Shown here piece by piece: positions 9,610 through 18,892 of a DNA stretch of 49,420 nucleotides. Source of the stretch: Candidatus Moraniibacteriota bacterium (GTDB taxonomy: Bacteria; Patescibacteriota; Minisyncoccia; Moranbacterales; GCA-2747515); assembly GCA_046116545.1 (NCBI GenBank), contig CP175956.1, positions 1,236,912 to 1,286,331 on the forward strand. The letters are read 5' to 3'. A program made the position numbers and the translations under genes. Below the pieces are notes generated by a model. The model saw only the letters and a program-made list of their open reading frames with translations, had not been told where the DNA came from and ran no database searches. How positions within the stretch are numbered: position 1 is the first letter of the stretch; the number at the start of each line of letters is the position of its first letter.

Positions 9610-10833
9610 TTATTTACTTAAAGAATATTTATCTTCCAATACCACAACAACATATTGTTCTTCTCCTCCATGCCATATTTTTAAATTTATCTCTTCTCCC
9701 ACGCTGTAACCTCTAATTATTTTACTTAATGAATTGTCTTTGGTTATTTTTTCTCCATTGACTTCTAATATGACATCATATTCAACTATCCCCGCCTTGT
9801 CTGCAGGTGAACCCGGCAACACAGCAAAATCTACAATATTTTGTCCTCGCACAATCAGTATCCCCTCATCATATGGAATATTTAACTCTTTTTTTATCTC
9901 TGGAGTCATAATGACATACCGAACACCTACAAATGGTTTTGAAATCCTACCATCATCTTTAACATCTTCAATTAATTTCATAACTTGATTTATTGGAATT
10001 GCAAAGCCTATATTCTCAGCACCTTGTGCAACAGCTGTATTTATTCCAATAACTTTTCCTTCTAAATCTAATAAAGGACCTCCTGAATTTCCAAAATTAA
10101 TTGCAGCATCAGTTTGAATTATGTTACTCAATGTTTCTACTTGACCATACATATTATTACCCGCAACAATATTTCTCTTTATGCCAGAAACTATTCCTCT
10201 GCTAACTGAATTAGAAAATTCTCCTAAAGAATTTCCTATTGCAATAACTGTTTGACCTATTTTTATTGAATCTGAATTACCTAAATCAGCTGCACTAAAA
10301 TTGTCTCCCTCTATTTGTAAAACTGCAAAATCCATTACATCATCTCTTGCTAATACACTTGCCAGATATTCTTTGCCATCTGATGTGATTACAGTATATT
10401 CTGCATTAGCATCGAGAACCACATGACGATTTGTCACTATCATTCCGTCATTCGAAACAAAAAAACCTGTTCCACCTCCAACTTTTTGTTTTTTGGTCTT
10501 CAACTCACTTTCTGGAACTCGTTGATTTGGAGTAAACAAGAAATTAAATGGAGAATTACTTGTTCCTTGATATTGAGGAACATTTTTTGTGGCTATAATA
10601 CTTACAACAGAAGGCATTGTGTCTTCAACAACTTTTACAATGGAATCATCCTGCAATTGAGTCACTTCCTTTATTATTGTCTGTGGAGCTGTTACAACTT
10701 TATTTAATTGTCGTGAATTCACATAGCTATACACAACAGCACTTCCTACAACACCTGCTAAAAATCCCACAACAGTCACTAAAATCAATGACATTACAGG
10801 TATTTCAATATTTTTAGCATCTTCTCGTATCAT
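9610..10833 (-). CDS. htrA: HtrA/DegP serine protease with PDZ domain
   Basis: Intact triad motifs TNRHVV, DFAV, QTDAAINFGNSGGPL; PDZ domain. Confidence 0.9.
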   Translation of the reverse strand: MIREDAKNIEIPVMSLILVTVVGFLAGVVGSAVVYSYVNSRQLNKVVTAPQTIIKEVTQLQDDSIVKVVEDTMPSVVSIIATKNVPQYQGTSNSPFNFLFTPNQRVPESELKTKKQKVGGGTGFFVSNDGMIVTNRHVVLDANAEYTVITSDGKEYLASVLARDDVMDFAVLQIEGDNFSAADLGNSDSIKIGQTVIAIGNSLGEFSNSVSRGIVSGIKRNIVAGNNMYGQVETLSNIIQTDAAINFGNSGGPLLDLEGKVIGINTAVAQGAENIGFAIPINQVMKLIEDVKDDGRISKPFVGVRYVIMTPEIKKELNIPYDEGILIVRGQNIVDFAVLPGSPADKAGIVEYDVILEVNGEKITKDNSLSKIIRGYSVGEEINLKIWHGGEEQYVVVVLEDKYSLSK

Positions 10834-10839
10834 GCTTGT

Positions 10840-11880
10840 TTATTTATTTTCTAAAAGTTCTTTTTTTACATCTTTAGCCTCCTCTATTTTTTCTTGTTCA
10901 AATTGAATCATGTCATCTCCAGCAAATATAATCATTGCTTTCTCAGAATTCCATGCATACCCTGGTATAAATATTTTAACGTCCATCATTGATATTTCAT
11001 CATTTAAATAATCGACAAACGTTTTCTTTTTTATAACTATTTGTGAAACATGTGCTATCTTTTTTCCATCTTCAGTTTCTGCCACTTCATTAACTTTGAC
11101 CAAATGCAATCCTAATGGTGTTTCTATGACATCGGTATAATCACCCTTATCCATAGTTAACACTTTTTTGCCTATCTTATCTTGTAGTAATCCATCTGTA
11201 AACCATCCCACAATACCGCCCTCTGACGCAGTTGCACCTTCTGAAAATTTCATAGCAACATCCGCAAAAATCCTACCATCATCTAGTTCTTTTTTTGCTT
11301 CTTGTATTTTCTCTCTCATATCATCTGTAACTATATTTTCTTTTTCAAATCTAGTGGTAACCTTTTCTCTTAACAACTGTCCAAATACTACTTTCTTTCC
11401 AAAATCATTCAGAGACCATCCATATAAATTATCTAATCGTTGTGCAACCACATCTTTCGTTCCCATATCAGACATAGGTCTTTCCATAGCAGCTATAACT
11501 GCTTCATCACTTATATTTATTTTCCATTCATCTGCCATGCGTTCAATTGCAATATCTTCTACTAATTTATTTATCATCTTTCTTTCTTGCAATTTCAACC
11601 TCTTTTTTCCATCTTCAGTATCAAAATCAATTCTTATGCCAAATTGTGAAAAATCTTGATTCTCATAAAATCTCTTTATCGATGCTGTATTCTCATCCAA
11701 CTCAGAAATAGTAATCCAATCACCCTCAACAATAATAGCTGGTAGATTTAATGATTTACGAACTGAAGTTATAGCAGGTGATTCGATGCGAAATACATAC
11801 GTAAAAACCAACATACTCATAAAACTAACTACAATTACGGCAACAGCAATTATTGAAATCTTTTTTATATTTTTTTTCAT
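10840..11880 (-). CDS. PrsA/SurA-like PpiC-type peptidyl-prolyl isomerase
   Basis: N-terminal TM, SurA-N-like helical region, FADVAMKFSEGATASEGGIVGW...VIETPLGLHLVKV. Confidence 0.85.
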   Translation of the reverse strand: MKKNIKKISIIAVAVIVVSFMSMLVFTYVFRIESPAITSVRKSLNLPAIIVEGDWITISELDENTASIKRFYENQDFSQFGIRIDFDTEDGKKRLKLQERKMINKLVEDIAIERMADEWKINISDEAVIAAMERPMSDMGTKDVVAQRLDNLYGWSLNDFGKKVVFGQLLREKVTTRFEKENIVTDDMREKIQEAKKELDDGRIFADVAMKFSEGATASEGGIVGWFTDGLLQDKIGKKVLTMDKGDYTDVIETPLGLHLVKVNEVAETEDGKKIAHVSQIVIKKKTFVDYLNDEISMMDVKIFIPGYAWNSEKAMIIFAGDDMIQFEQEKIEEAKDVKKELLENK

Positions 11881-11897
11881 TTTTATATTTTAATTAA

Positions 11898-12275
11898 TTA
11901 AAAAAAATGTTGCAACCAAATACTATAATGTTCCTCTATTTTTTCTTCCGTATTTAGCTCATCATCACCTTCATTATTTATAATTTCATTCTTTGCTCTA
12001 CGAACTACAACAACATGTTCTCCTTGTTTTTTATAATTTAATTTTTTTGCTTCTTTTTCATATGAATGTTCTGATTTTAAATAGGCAATCTTATCTTGCA
12101 ATTTAGTATTTTCATGCTCATACTTCTTTTTTTCTTCCTGTAAGGAGATTATCTCATTTTGAATTACATTAGCTCTTTTCTTATTATTCACTATCAAAAC
12201 AAAAGTTCCTACAATTACAGAAACTCCTACAATTAACAAAATTACAGTTACAGCTGTACGAAAATTATCACTCAT
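11898..12275 (-). CDS. Septum formation initiator (FtsL/DivIC-like)
   Basis: Start reassigned to MSDNF at 12275; TM, coiled coil, then EKEAKKLNYKKQGEHVVVV. Confidence 0.65.
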   Translation of the reverse strand: MSDNFRTAVTVILLIVGVSVIVGTFVLIVNNKKRANVIQNEIISLQEEKKKYEHENTKLQDKIAYLKSEHSYEKEAKKLNYKKQGEHVVVVRRAKNEIINNEGDDELNTEEKIEEHYSIWLQHFF

Positions 12276-12285
12276 AAAGCATTCT

Positions 12286-12399
12286 TTACACGATTGATAG
12301 TAGTGGCAATAATAAAAATCCCAACATTGCAAAAATCATAACAACTGCAAAAATTATTCCTCCCACTTTCATTATTTTTTTCTTCTTTATAGCTTTCAT
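12286..12399 (-). CDS. 37-aa single-TM microprotein (Prli42/DUF4044-like)
   Basis: Manual translation MKAIKKKKIMKVGGIIFAVVMIFAMLGFLLLPLLSIV*; fills the gap ahead of the FtsL-like gene; below the ORF-track length cutoff. Confidence 0.6.
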   Translation of the reverse strand: MKAIKKKKIMKVGGIIFAVVMIFAMLGFLLLPLLSIV

Positions 12400-12440
12400 A
12401 ATATTTATTATACCAAAAAATTTATTTACTCACAAATTTA

Positions 12441-13481
12441 TTACTCTTTGCGAAATTGTACTATTCTTTCTATTAACATCCTCGTTTCATCAATTCCGAT
12501 ACAAGCATCAGTAATCGATAATCCACCCAGATCCATATTAGTTTTATTCCTCACTTCTTGATTCCCATTTTTTACAAAACTCTCAATCAAAAATCCTTTT
12601 ACAACATTTTTTATTTTAGCATTTTTTTCACAAGATTTCAAAACATTCATTACTGCTTTAGACTGTCTGGTATAATCTTTTTCATTATTTACCTTTGTAT
12701 TGTCGTGACTAGTATCAACTATTATTGATGGATTCTCTATACCATCTTGTTCATACATTTCTACCACATATTTCAAATGCTTCATGGAATAATTAGAACC
12801 ATCCATACCTCCACGCAAAACTAAATGTGCATACTCATTCCCATTACTTATTATCTGCTTGTCTCTACGTACATACACATGTCCATGTTGTGCTGATAAA
12901 ACACCATTAACACCTATTCTTAAATCTCCTGACGTTGGATTTTTGATTCCTGCCGCAAATGGCATACCCGAAGCAAAAGCTCTATGTTCTTGATCCTCAC
13001 TACTCCTAGCCCCTATTGCTGCCCAAGACAACATATCTGAACGATATTTAAATAAATTTGTAAATAAAATCTCATCGGCAATGGGTAATCCCAACTCAAT
13101 GATTTCTTTCATCATTTTTCTTACATATATAGTCCCTGCATTTATACTTGGAGGCTCAAACGGATCTGGTTGTAATGCAACACCTGCCCAGCCTACTGTA
13201 GTGCGTGGCTTCTGAGTATACACTCGCATAATTATTTTTACATCATTCTTGTATAACTTTGCCAATTCTGCCAACTGTTCTGCATAAACACGAACAGCCT
13301 CACTAGGCCAAGCACTACATGGACCAACAATAACAAGCAATCTGTCATCTTCACCACTAATAATGTTTTTTACTTCTTTTCTATCTTGAATAACACGTCT
13401 TTTCAGGGAAATATCTAAAGACACCTTTTTTCTAGCATCTTCTACACCCATCAGCTTTTTTGTCTTAATGCCATTTGCCAT
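12441..13481 (-). CDS. DAHP synthase, class I-alpha (AroF/G/H type)
   Basis: IVGPCS, KPRTTVGW, AIGARS, HLVLRGG, VDTSH, IES, SITDAC. Confidence 0.9.
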   Translation of the reverse strand: MANGIKTKKLMGVEDARKKVSLDISLKRRVIQDRKEVKNIISGEDDRLLVIVGPCSAWPSEAVRVYAEQLAELAKLYKNDVKIIMRVYTQKPRTTVGWAGVALQPDPFEPPSINAGTIYVRKMMKEIIELGLPIADEILFTNLFKYRSDMLSWAAIGARSSEDQEHRAFASGMPFAAGIKNPTSGDLRIGVNGVLSAQHGHVYVRRDKQIISNGNEYAHLVLRGGMDGSNYSMKHLKYVVEMYEQDGIENPSIIVDTSHDNTKVNNEKDYTRQSKAVMNVLKSCEKNAKIKNVVKGFLIESFVKNGNQEVRNKTNMDLGGLSITDACIGIDETRMLIERIVQFRKE

Positions 13482-13522
13482 ATTTTATAAATCTTATATT
13501 TATACATTAAGCATAAATTAAA

Positions 13523-13547
13523 AAACAGCTCTTGTATAGAGCTGTTT
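13523..13547. terminator. Intrinsic terminator downstream of the RDD gene
   Basis: AAACAGCTCT-5 nt-AGAGCTGTTT with an A tract on the left. Confidence 0.7.
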
Positions 13548-13605
13548 CAATGATTCTTATACAACAATTATAGAACTGATCAAAAAGAACTTTCTTATAT
13601 TAATC

Positions 13606-14190
13606 TTATTGTTTTTTATATATTACAACAGTTTTTGCCACCATGTCATGCAAGCCTTGCTTATTTTCTTTAAATGCAACAACTAAATATAATATTGTTA
13701 AAAATGTAGCAGTTAATCTACTTATTGTCTCTCGAATTAATATTGAATTTAATTCTGCTTTTCCCAAAGAATTTATACTACACACTTTTATACCAACTGC
13801 CATTTTGCCCAATGTAGCCTGATACTGATTTGTCATGGCAATATAATATGTCAAGACAAGTAAAAAAGATATTATTTGTAAAAATATATTACTCCCATTA
13901 TTTGATAATAAAGATATAGCTATTATATTTACTAATCCTACAACAGCGCCCACAATTATTGAATCTATAAAGAATGCCAAAAACCTAATCCAAAAGCCAG
14001 CATATTTAATATTATTTCCATTTATCTTTCCGCTATCTGGCAAAGGTATTTCAGTTACTTTATATACTTCATTTATTGATTCCATTATCTCCGCTTCGTC
14101 ATGTCCTGAATTACGCAATTGTGTTATTAATGATTCCTTTGTATATCCACCTTTATTTTCCTTTAAATAATCTACGATTTGTTGATTCAT
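13606..14190 (-). CDS. RDD family membrane protein
   Basis: YAGFWIRFLAFFID...QATLGKMAVGIKV...KQGLHDMVAKTVV. Confidence 0.92.
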   Translation of the reverse strand: MNQQIVDYLKENKGGYTKESLITQLRNSGHDEAEIMESINEVYKVTEIPLPDSGKINGNNIKYAGFWIRFLAFFIDSIIVGAVVGLVNIIAISLLSNNGSNIFLQIISFLLVLTYYIAMTNQYQATLGKMAVGIKVCSINSLGKAELNSILIRETISRLTATFLTILYLVVAFKENKQGLHDMVAKTVVIYKKQ

Positions 14191-14236
14191 ATTTTTATTT
14201 TATTATTATAGTCATTATTATAACACTTTTCTTCTA

Positions 14237-14265
14237 TTGACAAAACATTTTTTGCATGCTACCAT
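14237..14265 (+). promoter_or_regulatory. Sigma70 promoter of the cold-shock gene, with a ~95-nt leader
   Basis: TTGACA, 17-nt spacer with extended TG, TACCAT. Confidence 0.7.
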
Positions 14266-14367
14266 AGGAACTAATCAAATCAGAACTGTAAGAAGAGCAT
14301 AGTCGAGTTTCATCGAACAGACCAACTGTATTTGAAGAAGATGTAACAAATATAAACTACAAATTAG

Positions 14368-14568
14368 ATGAACACAGGAAAAATAGCTCGTCTTACAGAT
14401 CGTGGTTTTGGATTCATTTCTCAAGAAGGTGAAGAGAAAGACTTGTTCTTTCATGCAACTGAATTGCAGGATGTTGAATTCAACGATCTACAAGAAGGTG
14501 ACGATGTGACATTTGAACTTGCTGACGGTCCTAAAGGACAAAACGCAGTTAATGTTGCTCGTGCATAA
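14368..14568 (+). CDS. Cold-shock protein (CspA family)
   Basis: RNP1 RGFGFI, RNP2 DLFFH, GPKGQNAVNV. Confidence 0.95.
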   Translation: MNTGKIARLTDRGFGFISQEGEEKDLFFHATELQDVEFNDLQEGDDVTFELADGPKGQNAVNVARA

Positions 14569-14592
14569 TCAAACTACGTTTGATTCAAATAG

Positions 14593-14621
14593 AAACAGCG
14601 GTATTTATACCGCTGTTTTTT
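14593..14621 (+). terminator. Intrinsic terminator of the cold-shock gene
   Basis: AAACAGCGGTAT/ATACCGCTGTTT plus T tract. Confidence 0.8.
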
Positions 14622-14994
14622 TATTTATAAATAATACTTTACACACCCTTTTCATTATCATGAACTTTTAATATCAAAAAAGACTCTCACTAATGCAAAA
14701 GTCTTTTGAAAGTTTATTATTCAATTTTATCTACTGCCAAAACCCACTAGCATCAGAAGTAGCAGTATAAGTTACAGACCCTGTATAAACTCCTGAAGGT
14801 TGTGATGGTGATACATCTACTTTGTAACATACATCAGTTGTTGATGAAGTTGAATTATATGCTGTGTATGCTGCTATTGCTTGAGCTGTTTGTGGTACAC
14901 CTGCATATTCTGCATCATCATTTGTTGTTCCTTCTTCACACAGATCTCCTGAGGTTGTCCATATGTTATTGAAGGTGTTATGAGTTGTATCATT

Positions 14995-15759
14995 TTGTGG
15001 AAATTGTATTACTGAGAAACCTAAACCTTTTGTTGTTGGAGCGTTCCAAGATTCTGTTACTTTTGTTGTTTGATCAAATTGTGTTAGGTCTGGTATTTCA
15101 TCTGTATTATTTGAATGTACTAGGGTTGTATTTGAAGCTCCATTATCATTTATCATTGATAGGTAGTAACCTTGGGTATCATTTGTTGTTACTATACAAG
15201 TTGATTGTCCTACTGCTGGAGTTCCTGCTATTACTATTCCTGGGTTTGCTACTGTTCCTAGTATTACATCATAATCTCCTGTTGATCCATCTTTATCATA
15301 ACAATCCATTGATAGGGTTGCATTTACTTCTACATTTAGGTTTAGGTCATCTATTCCTGATATTGTTCCATCTCCGTTTACAATATAAGTTGTTGCATGG
15401 TTTGTTGTGAATGTACATATTCCGTTTGTTACTGTACATGTTGTATGGGTATTCCATGTTACTTCTCCTTCTAGTTGTGAAAGGACTTCTAGTTCCATAT
15501 CATTGTAAGCTTCGCTTACAGTTATTTCCATTGTTATATCATTTGAGAAGGTTAGGTTTTCATTTGGTATACCTAATCTTACTGCTCCTACTGCATTTGG
15601 ATGATCTCCTCTTTCTTCATTTAATGTATTTTGGGTTATGAAGTTTTCAAAGTTGAAGTTTCCATTTAATGCTTCTGTTATCACTGTATTATTTGGGAAT
15701 ATTGCATTTGTTGTATTTGATTGGAAGGTTACTTGTACTTGGGTTGTTGTTTGGGTTGT
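14995..15759. repeat. 765-bp exact direct repeat of 46999-47763 (offset 32004)
   Basis: Compared line by line with no mismatch seen; flanks diverge. Confidence 0.92.
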
Positions 15760-16380
15760 GTTATCTATTGTTCCGTTGTCTACTGTTATGTAGCCTTCGT
15801 TTACTACATCACTCATTTCTGCGTTGTCTGGGTTTTGTATTGTTATATCTGAAACAGGCTCACTATATGGTGCTATTGGAGGTGTAAAATTACTTGTCCA
15901 TCTTGCTATTCCTTTTGAAATACGAAATTCATCCATATGACCATCAAAAGGCCTTAATGTTGAAGAAAAATATGTACCCATATACAATGGATGAACTTCT
16001 GTTGAAAAATCACCTATTACAGTTGAATATCCTGTTAACAACTGACCATCTAAAAATAAATGTAAAGTATTTCCACTACGCACAACCGCAATATGATGCC
16101 AAGTATCTAATGTTAATGCTTCTGATTCACCAAGGTGTGCTGTAGTCCAAGCCCAACCTCCAGTACCTTTATTAAAATAAAATTTATTACTTGCATCAAC
16201 ACCTAACAGCCAAATAGCACTATCATTGTATGTTCCATTATTCACAAGATGTTGTATTTTACTAGAATTTAATTTAACCCAAGTATCTATAGTAAAATCA
16301 CTATTACCAATAGCCCAATCTGTCGAACTTGGTAACTGAAGCCTGTCTGCACTTCCATCAAAAATAGCGCTCCCTGTGCC

Positions 16381-16500
16381 AAATTTCTTCTACATGCAGA
16401 TGGTTTGTATATCTCCTTGTGCATTAACAGTATGTGCAGATAAAGAATCGTCAACAAAACTTGTTGATCCATCAACACCATCTGCATGTAGAAGAAATTT
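16381..16500. repeat. 24-bp perfect inverted repeat inside a CDS (16381-16404 and 16477-16500)
   Basis: AAATTTCTTCTACATGCAGATGGT versus ACCATCTGCATGTAGAAGAAATTT, 72-nt spacer. Confidence 0.95.
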
Positions 16501-16673
16501 TGTAAACTCATCAACGCCTACAGCAATCACTGACTGTGTGAAAAAAAGTGTAACAATGAATACTACTGCGAATATACTTATATTATTTTTCATTTTTATA
16601 TTTTAGCTTTTTATTTTATAGCTTTTATTATATCACAACTTGTTTATTTGTGAAAAAATATTTTCACAACAAT

Positions 16674-16704
16674 AAAAAGCCTCTACAAATTGTAGAGGCT
16701 TTTT
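16674..16704 (-). terminator. Intrinsic terminator after fusA
   Basis: AAAAAGCCTCTACA-AAT-TGTAGAGGCTTTTT. Confidence 0.85.
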
Positions 16705-16727
16705 ATAATTTTTTGGATCAATACGAT

Positions 16728-18821
16728 CTATTCATCTTCTCCACCACCAATAATTTCTTGTGCTACATTATTTGGAACTTCAGCATAATGACTGAATTCC
16801 ATTGAATAGTTTGCTCGTCCTTGTGACATTGAGCGAAGTTGTGTTGCATAACCAAACATAGAAGCTAATGGAATTTCAGAATCAATTTCTTTCAATATTG
16901 CCATTCCCTCTCCACGATCTCGCATCTCCTTGATGATTCCACGTTTTGAGTTAACATCTCCTACTACATCACCCATAGACTCTTCTGGTGTTGTGATTTG
17001 TACAGCCATAATAGGCTCTAGTAATACTGGCTTTGCTTTCTTTACAGCAGCTTTGAAAGCCATTGAACCGGCAACTTTAAATGCAGATTCAGATGAATCA
17101 ACATCATGGTAACTACCATCATAGAGTACAACTCCAACATCTACCATAGGATATCCAGCTATTACACCATTATTCAAAGCCTCTTCGATACCTTGTCTAG
17201 TTGGCTTTATGTATTCTTGAGGTATTGCTCCACCCTTGATTTCATCTTCGAATTCAAATCCTTCTCCCTTATCTCGAGGTGCAATTCTTACCCATGCGTG
17301 ACCATATTGTCCACGACCACCTGATTGCTTTACAAATTTTCCTTCACCTTCAGCTTCCTGAGTAATTGTTTCACGATAAGATACTTGTGGCTGACCAACA
17401 TTTGCCTCAACACCAAATTCTCTTTTCATACGATCAACAATAATATCTAGATGTAATTCACCCATACCAGAAATGATAGTTTGTCCAACCTCTTCATCAG
17501 TCTTAACCTTAAATGAAGGATCTTCTTGTGCAAGCTTTCCGAGTGCCATTCCCATCTTCTCTTGATCTGCTTTTGTCTTTGGCTCTACAGCAATAGAAAT
17601 AACTGGATCTGGAAATTCAATTGACTCTAATATAACTAAATTATCTGGATCACACAAAGTATCACCAGTATTTGTATTTTTCATACCAACCAATGCTCCA
17701 ATTTCTCCAGCATTCAACTCTTCAACTTCTTCTCTATCATTTGCATGCATTCTCAAGATTCGTCCTACACGCTCTTTTTTTCCACTAGCAGTATTATAAA
17801 TATAAGAACCTGCTTGAAGTGAACCCGAATAAATACGAAAGAAAACCAATTGACCAACAAATGGATCAGTTGCAACCTTAAATGCAAGTGCTGCAAATGG
17901 TTCATCATCTGAAGCTCCTCGAGTAATCTCTTTTTCAGCATCTTTAGGATCTGTTCCTATAATAGCTGGGATTTCATTCGGTGCTGGCAAATAATCAATA
18001 ACAGCATCCAAAACTGGTTGAACACCTTTATTTTGAAGTGCAGTTCCTACAAATACTGGAATCATTGTGTTTGCAATAACGCCCTTTCGTATTGCAGCTT
18101 TTAATTCTTCATTTGTAAATTCTTCTCCGCCTAAATATTTTTCCATGAAATCATCATCTTGCTCTGCAGCTTTTTCTACCAATTTTTCTCGCCATTCTTC
18201 CGCTTGAGCTTTCAAATCTTCTGGACAATCACTTACAATAACTTTTTCCCCCATGTCTCCCTCAAAAGTAAATCGCTTCATTGTTACCAAATCAATCATT
18301 CCTTCAAAATCACCTCTCTCACCAATTGGCAATTGAGCTGCAATTGCATGAGGAGTTAATCTTTTATGAATTGAATCAAGTGCACGCTCGAAATCAGCAC
18401 CATCTTTATCTATTTTATTTATGAAACAAATACGAGGAACTTTATATTTATCAGCTTGACGCCATACAGTCTCTGACTGTGGCTCAACACCCTCTTTTCC
18501 ATCAAAAACAACAACACCACCATCTAAAACACGCATTGAACGTTCAACCTCAACTGTAAAGTCAACGTGACCTGGTGTATCAATAATATTTATTTGATAA
18601 TCCTTCCAAAAAGTTGTTGTAGCAGCAGATGTAATAGTAATACCACGCTCTTGCTCTTGCTCCATCCAGTCCATAGTAGCATCACCATCATGTACCTCAC
18701 CTATTTTATGAGACATTCCAGTGTAATACAAAACTCTTTCTGTTGTAGTAGTTTTACCCGCATCAATATGCGCAATAATACCTATATTTCTCAATTGCTC
18801 AATTGGGGTTTTCCTCGCCAT
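16728..18821 (-). CDS. fusA: Elongation factor G
   Basis: [41 protein letters not shown]. Confidence 0.99.
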   Translation of the reverse strand: MARKTPIEQLRNIGIIAHIDAGKTTTTERVLYYTGMSHKIGEVHDGDATMDWMEQEQERGITITSAATTTFWKDYQINIIDTPGHVDFTVEVERSMRVLDGGVVVFDGKEGVEPQSETVWRQADKYKVPRICFINKIDKDGADFERALDSIHKRLTPHAIAAQLPIGERGDFEGMIDLVTMKRFTFEGDMGEKVIVSDCPEDLKAQAEEWREKLVEKAAEQDDDFMEKYLGGEEFTNEELKAAIRKGVIANTMIPVFVGTALQNKGVQPVLDAVIDYLPAPNEIPAIIGTDPKDAEKEITRGASDDEPFAALAFKVATDPFVGQLVFFRIYSGSLQAGSYIYNTASGKKERVGRILRMHANDREEVEELNAGEIGALVGMKNTNTGDTLCDPDNLVILESIEFPDPVISIAVEPKTKADQEKMGMALGKLAQEDPSFKVKTDEEVGQTIISGMGELHLDIIVDRMKREFGVEANVGQPQVSYRETITQEAEGEGKFVKQSGGRGQYGHAWVRIAPRDKGEGFEFEDEIKGGAIPQEYIKPTRQGIEEALNNGVIAGYPMVDVGVVLYDGSYHDVDSSESAFKVAGSMAFKAAVKKAKPVLLEPIMAVQITTPEESMGDVVGDVNSKRGIIKEMRDRGEGMAILKEIDSEIPLASMFGYATQLRSMSQGRANYSMEFSHYAEVPNNVAQEIIGGGEDE

Positions 18822-18892
18822 ATATTTATTATAAATTAATTTAAATACTTTAAAATGTTATATAAATGTATCACATTTCAATTTCAATGTCA

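Larger units (their letters stand above)
14731..16593 (-). pseudogene. Secreted modular surface protein (signal peptide, LamG-like domain, shared C-terminal module) with one in-frame TAG at codon 68
   Basis: ORFs 16390-16593 and 14731-16245 are in the same frame; 16389-16246 translates stop-free (KKFGTGSAIFDGSADRLQL...DFTIDTWVK). LamG motifs WHHIAVVRSG and FDGHMDEFRISKG. Confidence 0.85.

Noticed and set aside
14731-15000. Diversity-generating retroelement TR/VR pair suggested by the diverged C-terminal patch of the two adhesin paralogs
   Set aside because: Differences are not adenine-specific; many are synonymous C/T or G changes (TTC/TTT, TGT/TGC, TAT/TAC). Both copies are inside full genes, and no reverse transcriptase is in the window.
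14985-15887. Leu-rich + strand ORFs (also 46806-47645)
   Set aside because: Artefact of A-ending codon bias on the coding strand.
16390-16392. Amber readthrough or an alternative genetic code for the in-frame TAG
   Set aside because: TAG is the true stop of fusA, ftsZ and both adhesin genes; conserved genes translate full length under code 11; the TAG is explained by the inverted copy.
16405-16476. Invertible (phase-variable) segment between the 24-bp inverted repeats
   Set aside because: The intervening 72 nt already read as sensible protein, and inverting them would leave the TAG-containing arm in place. No recombinase is nearby.
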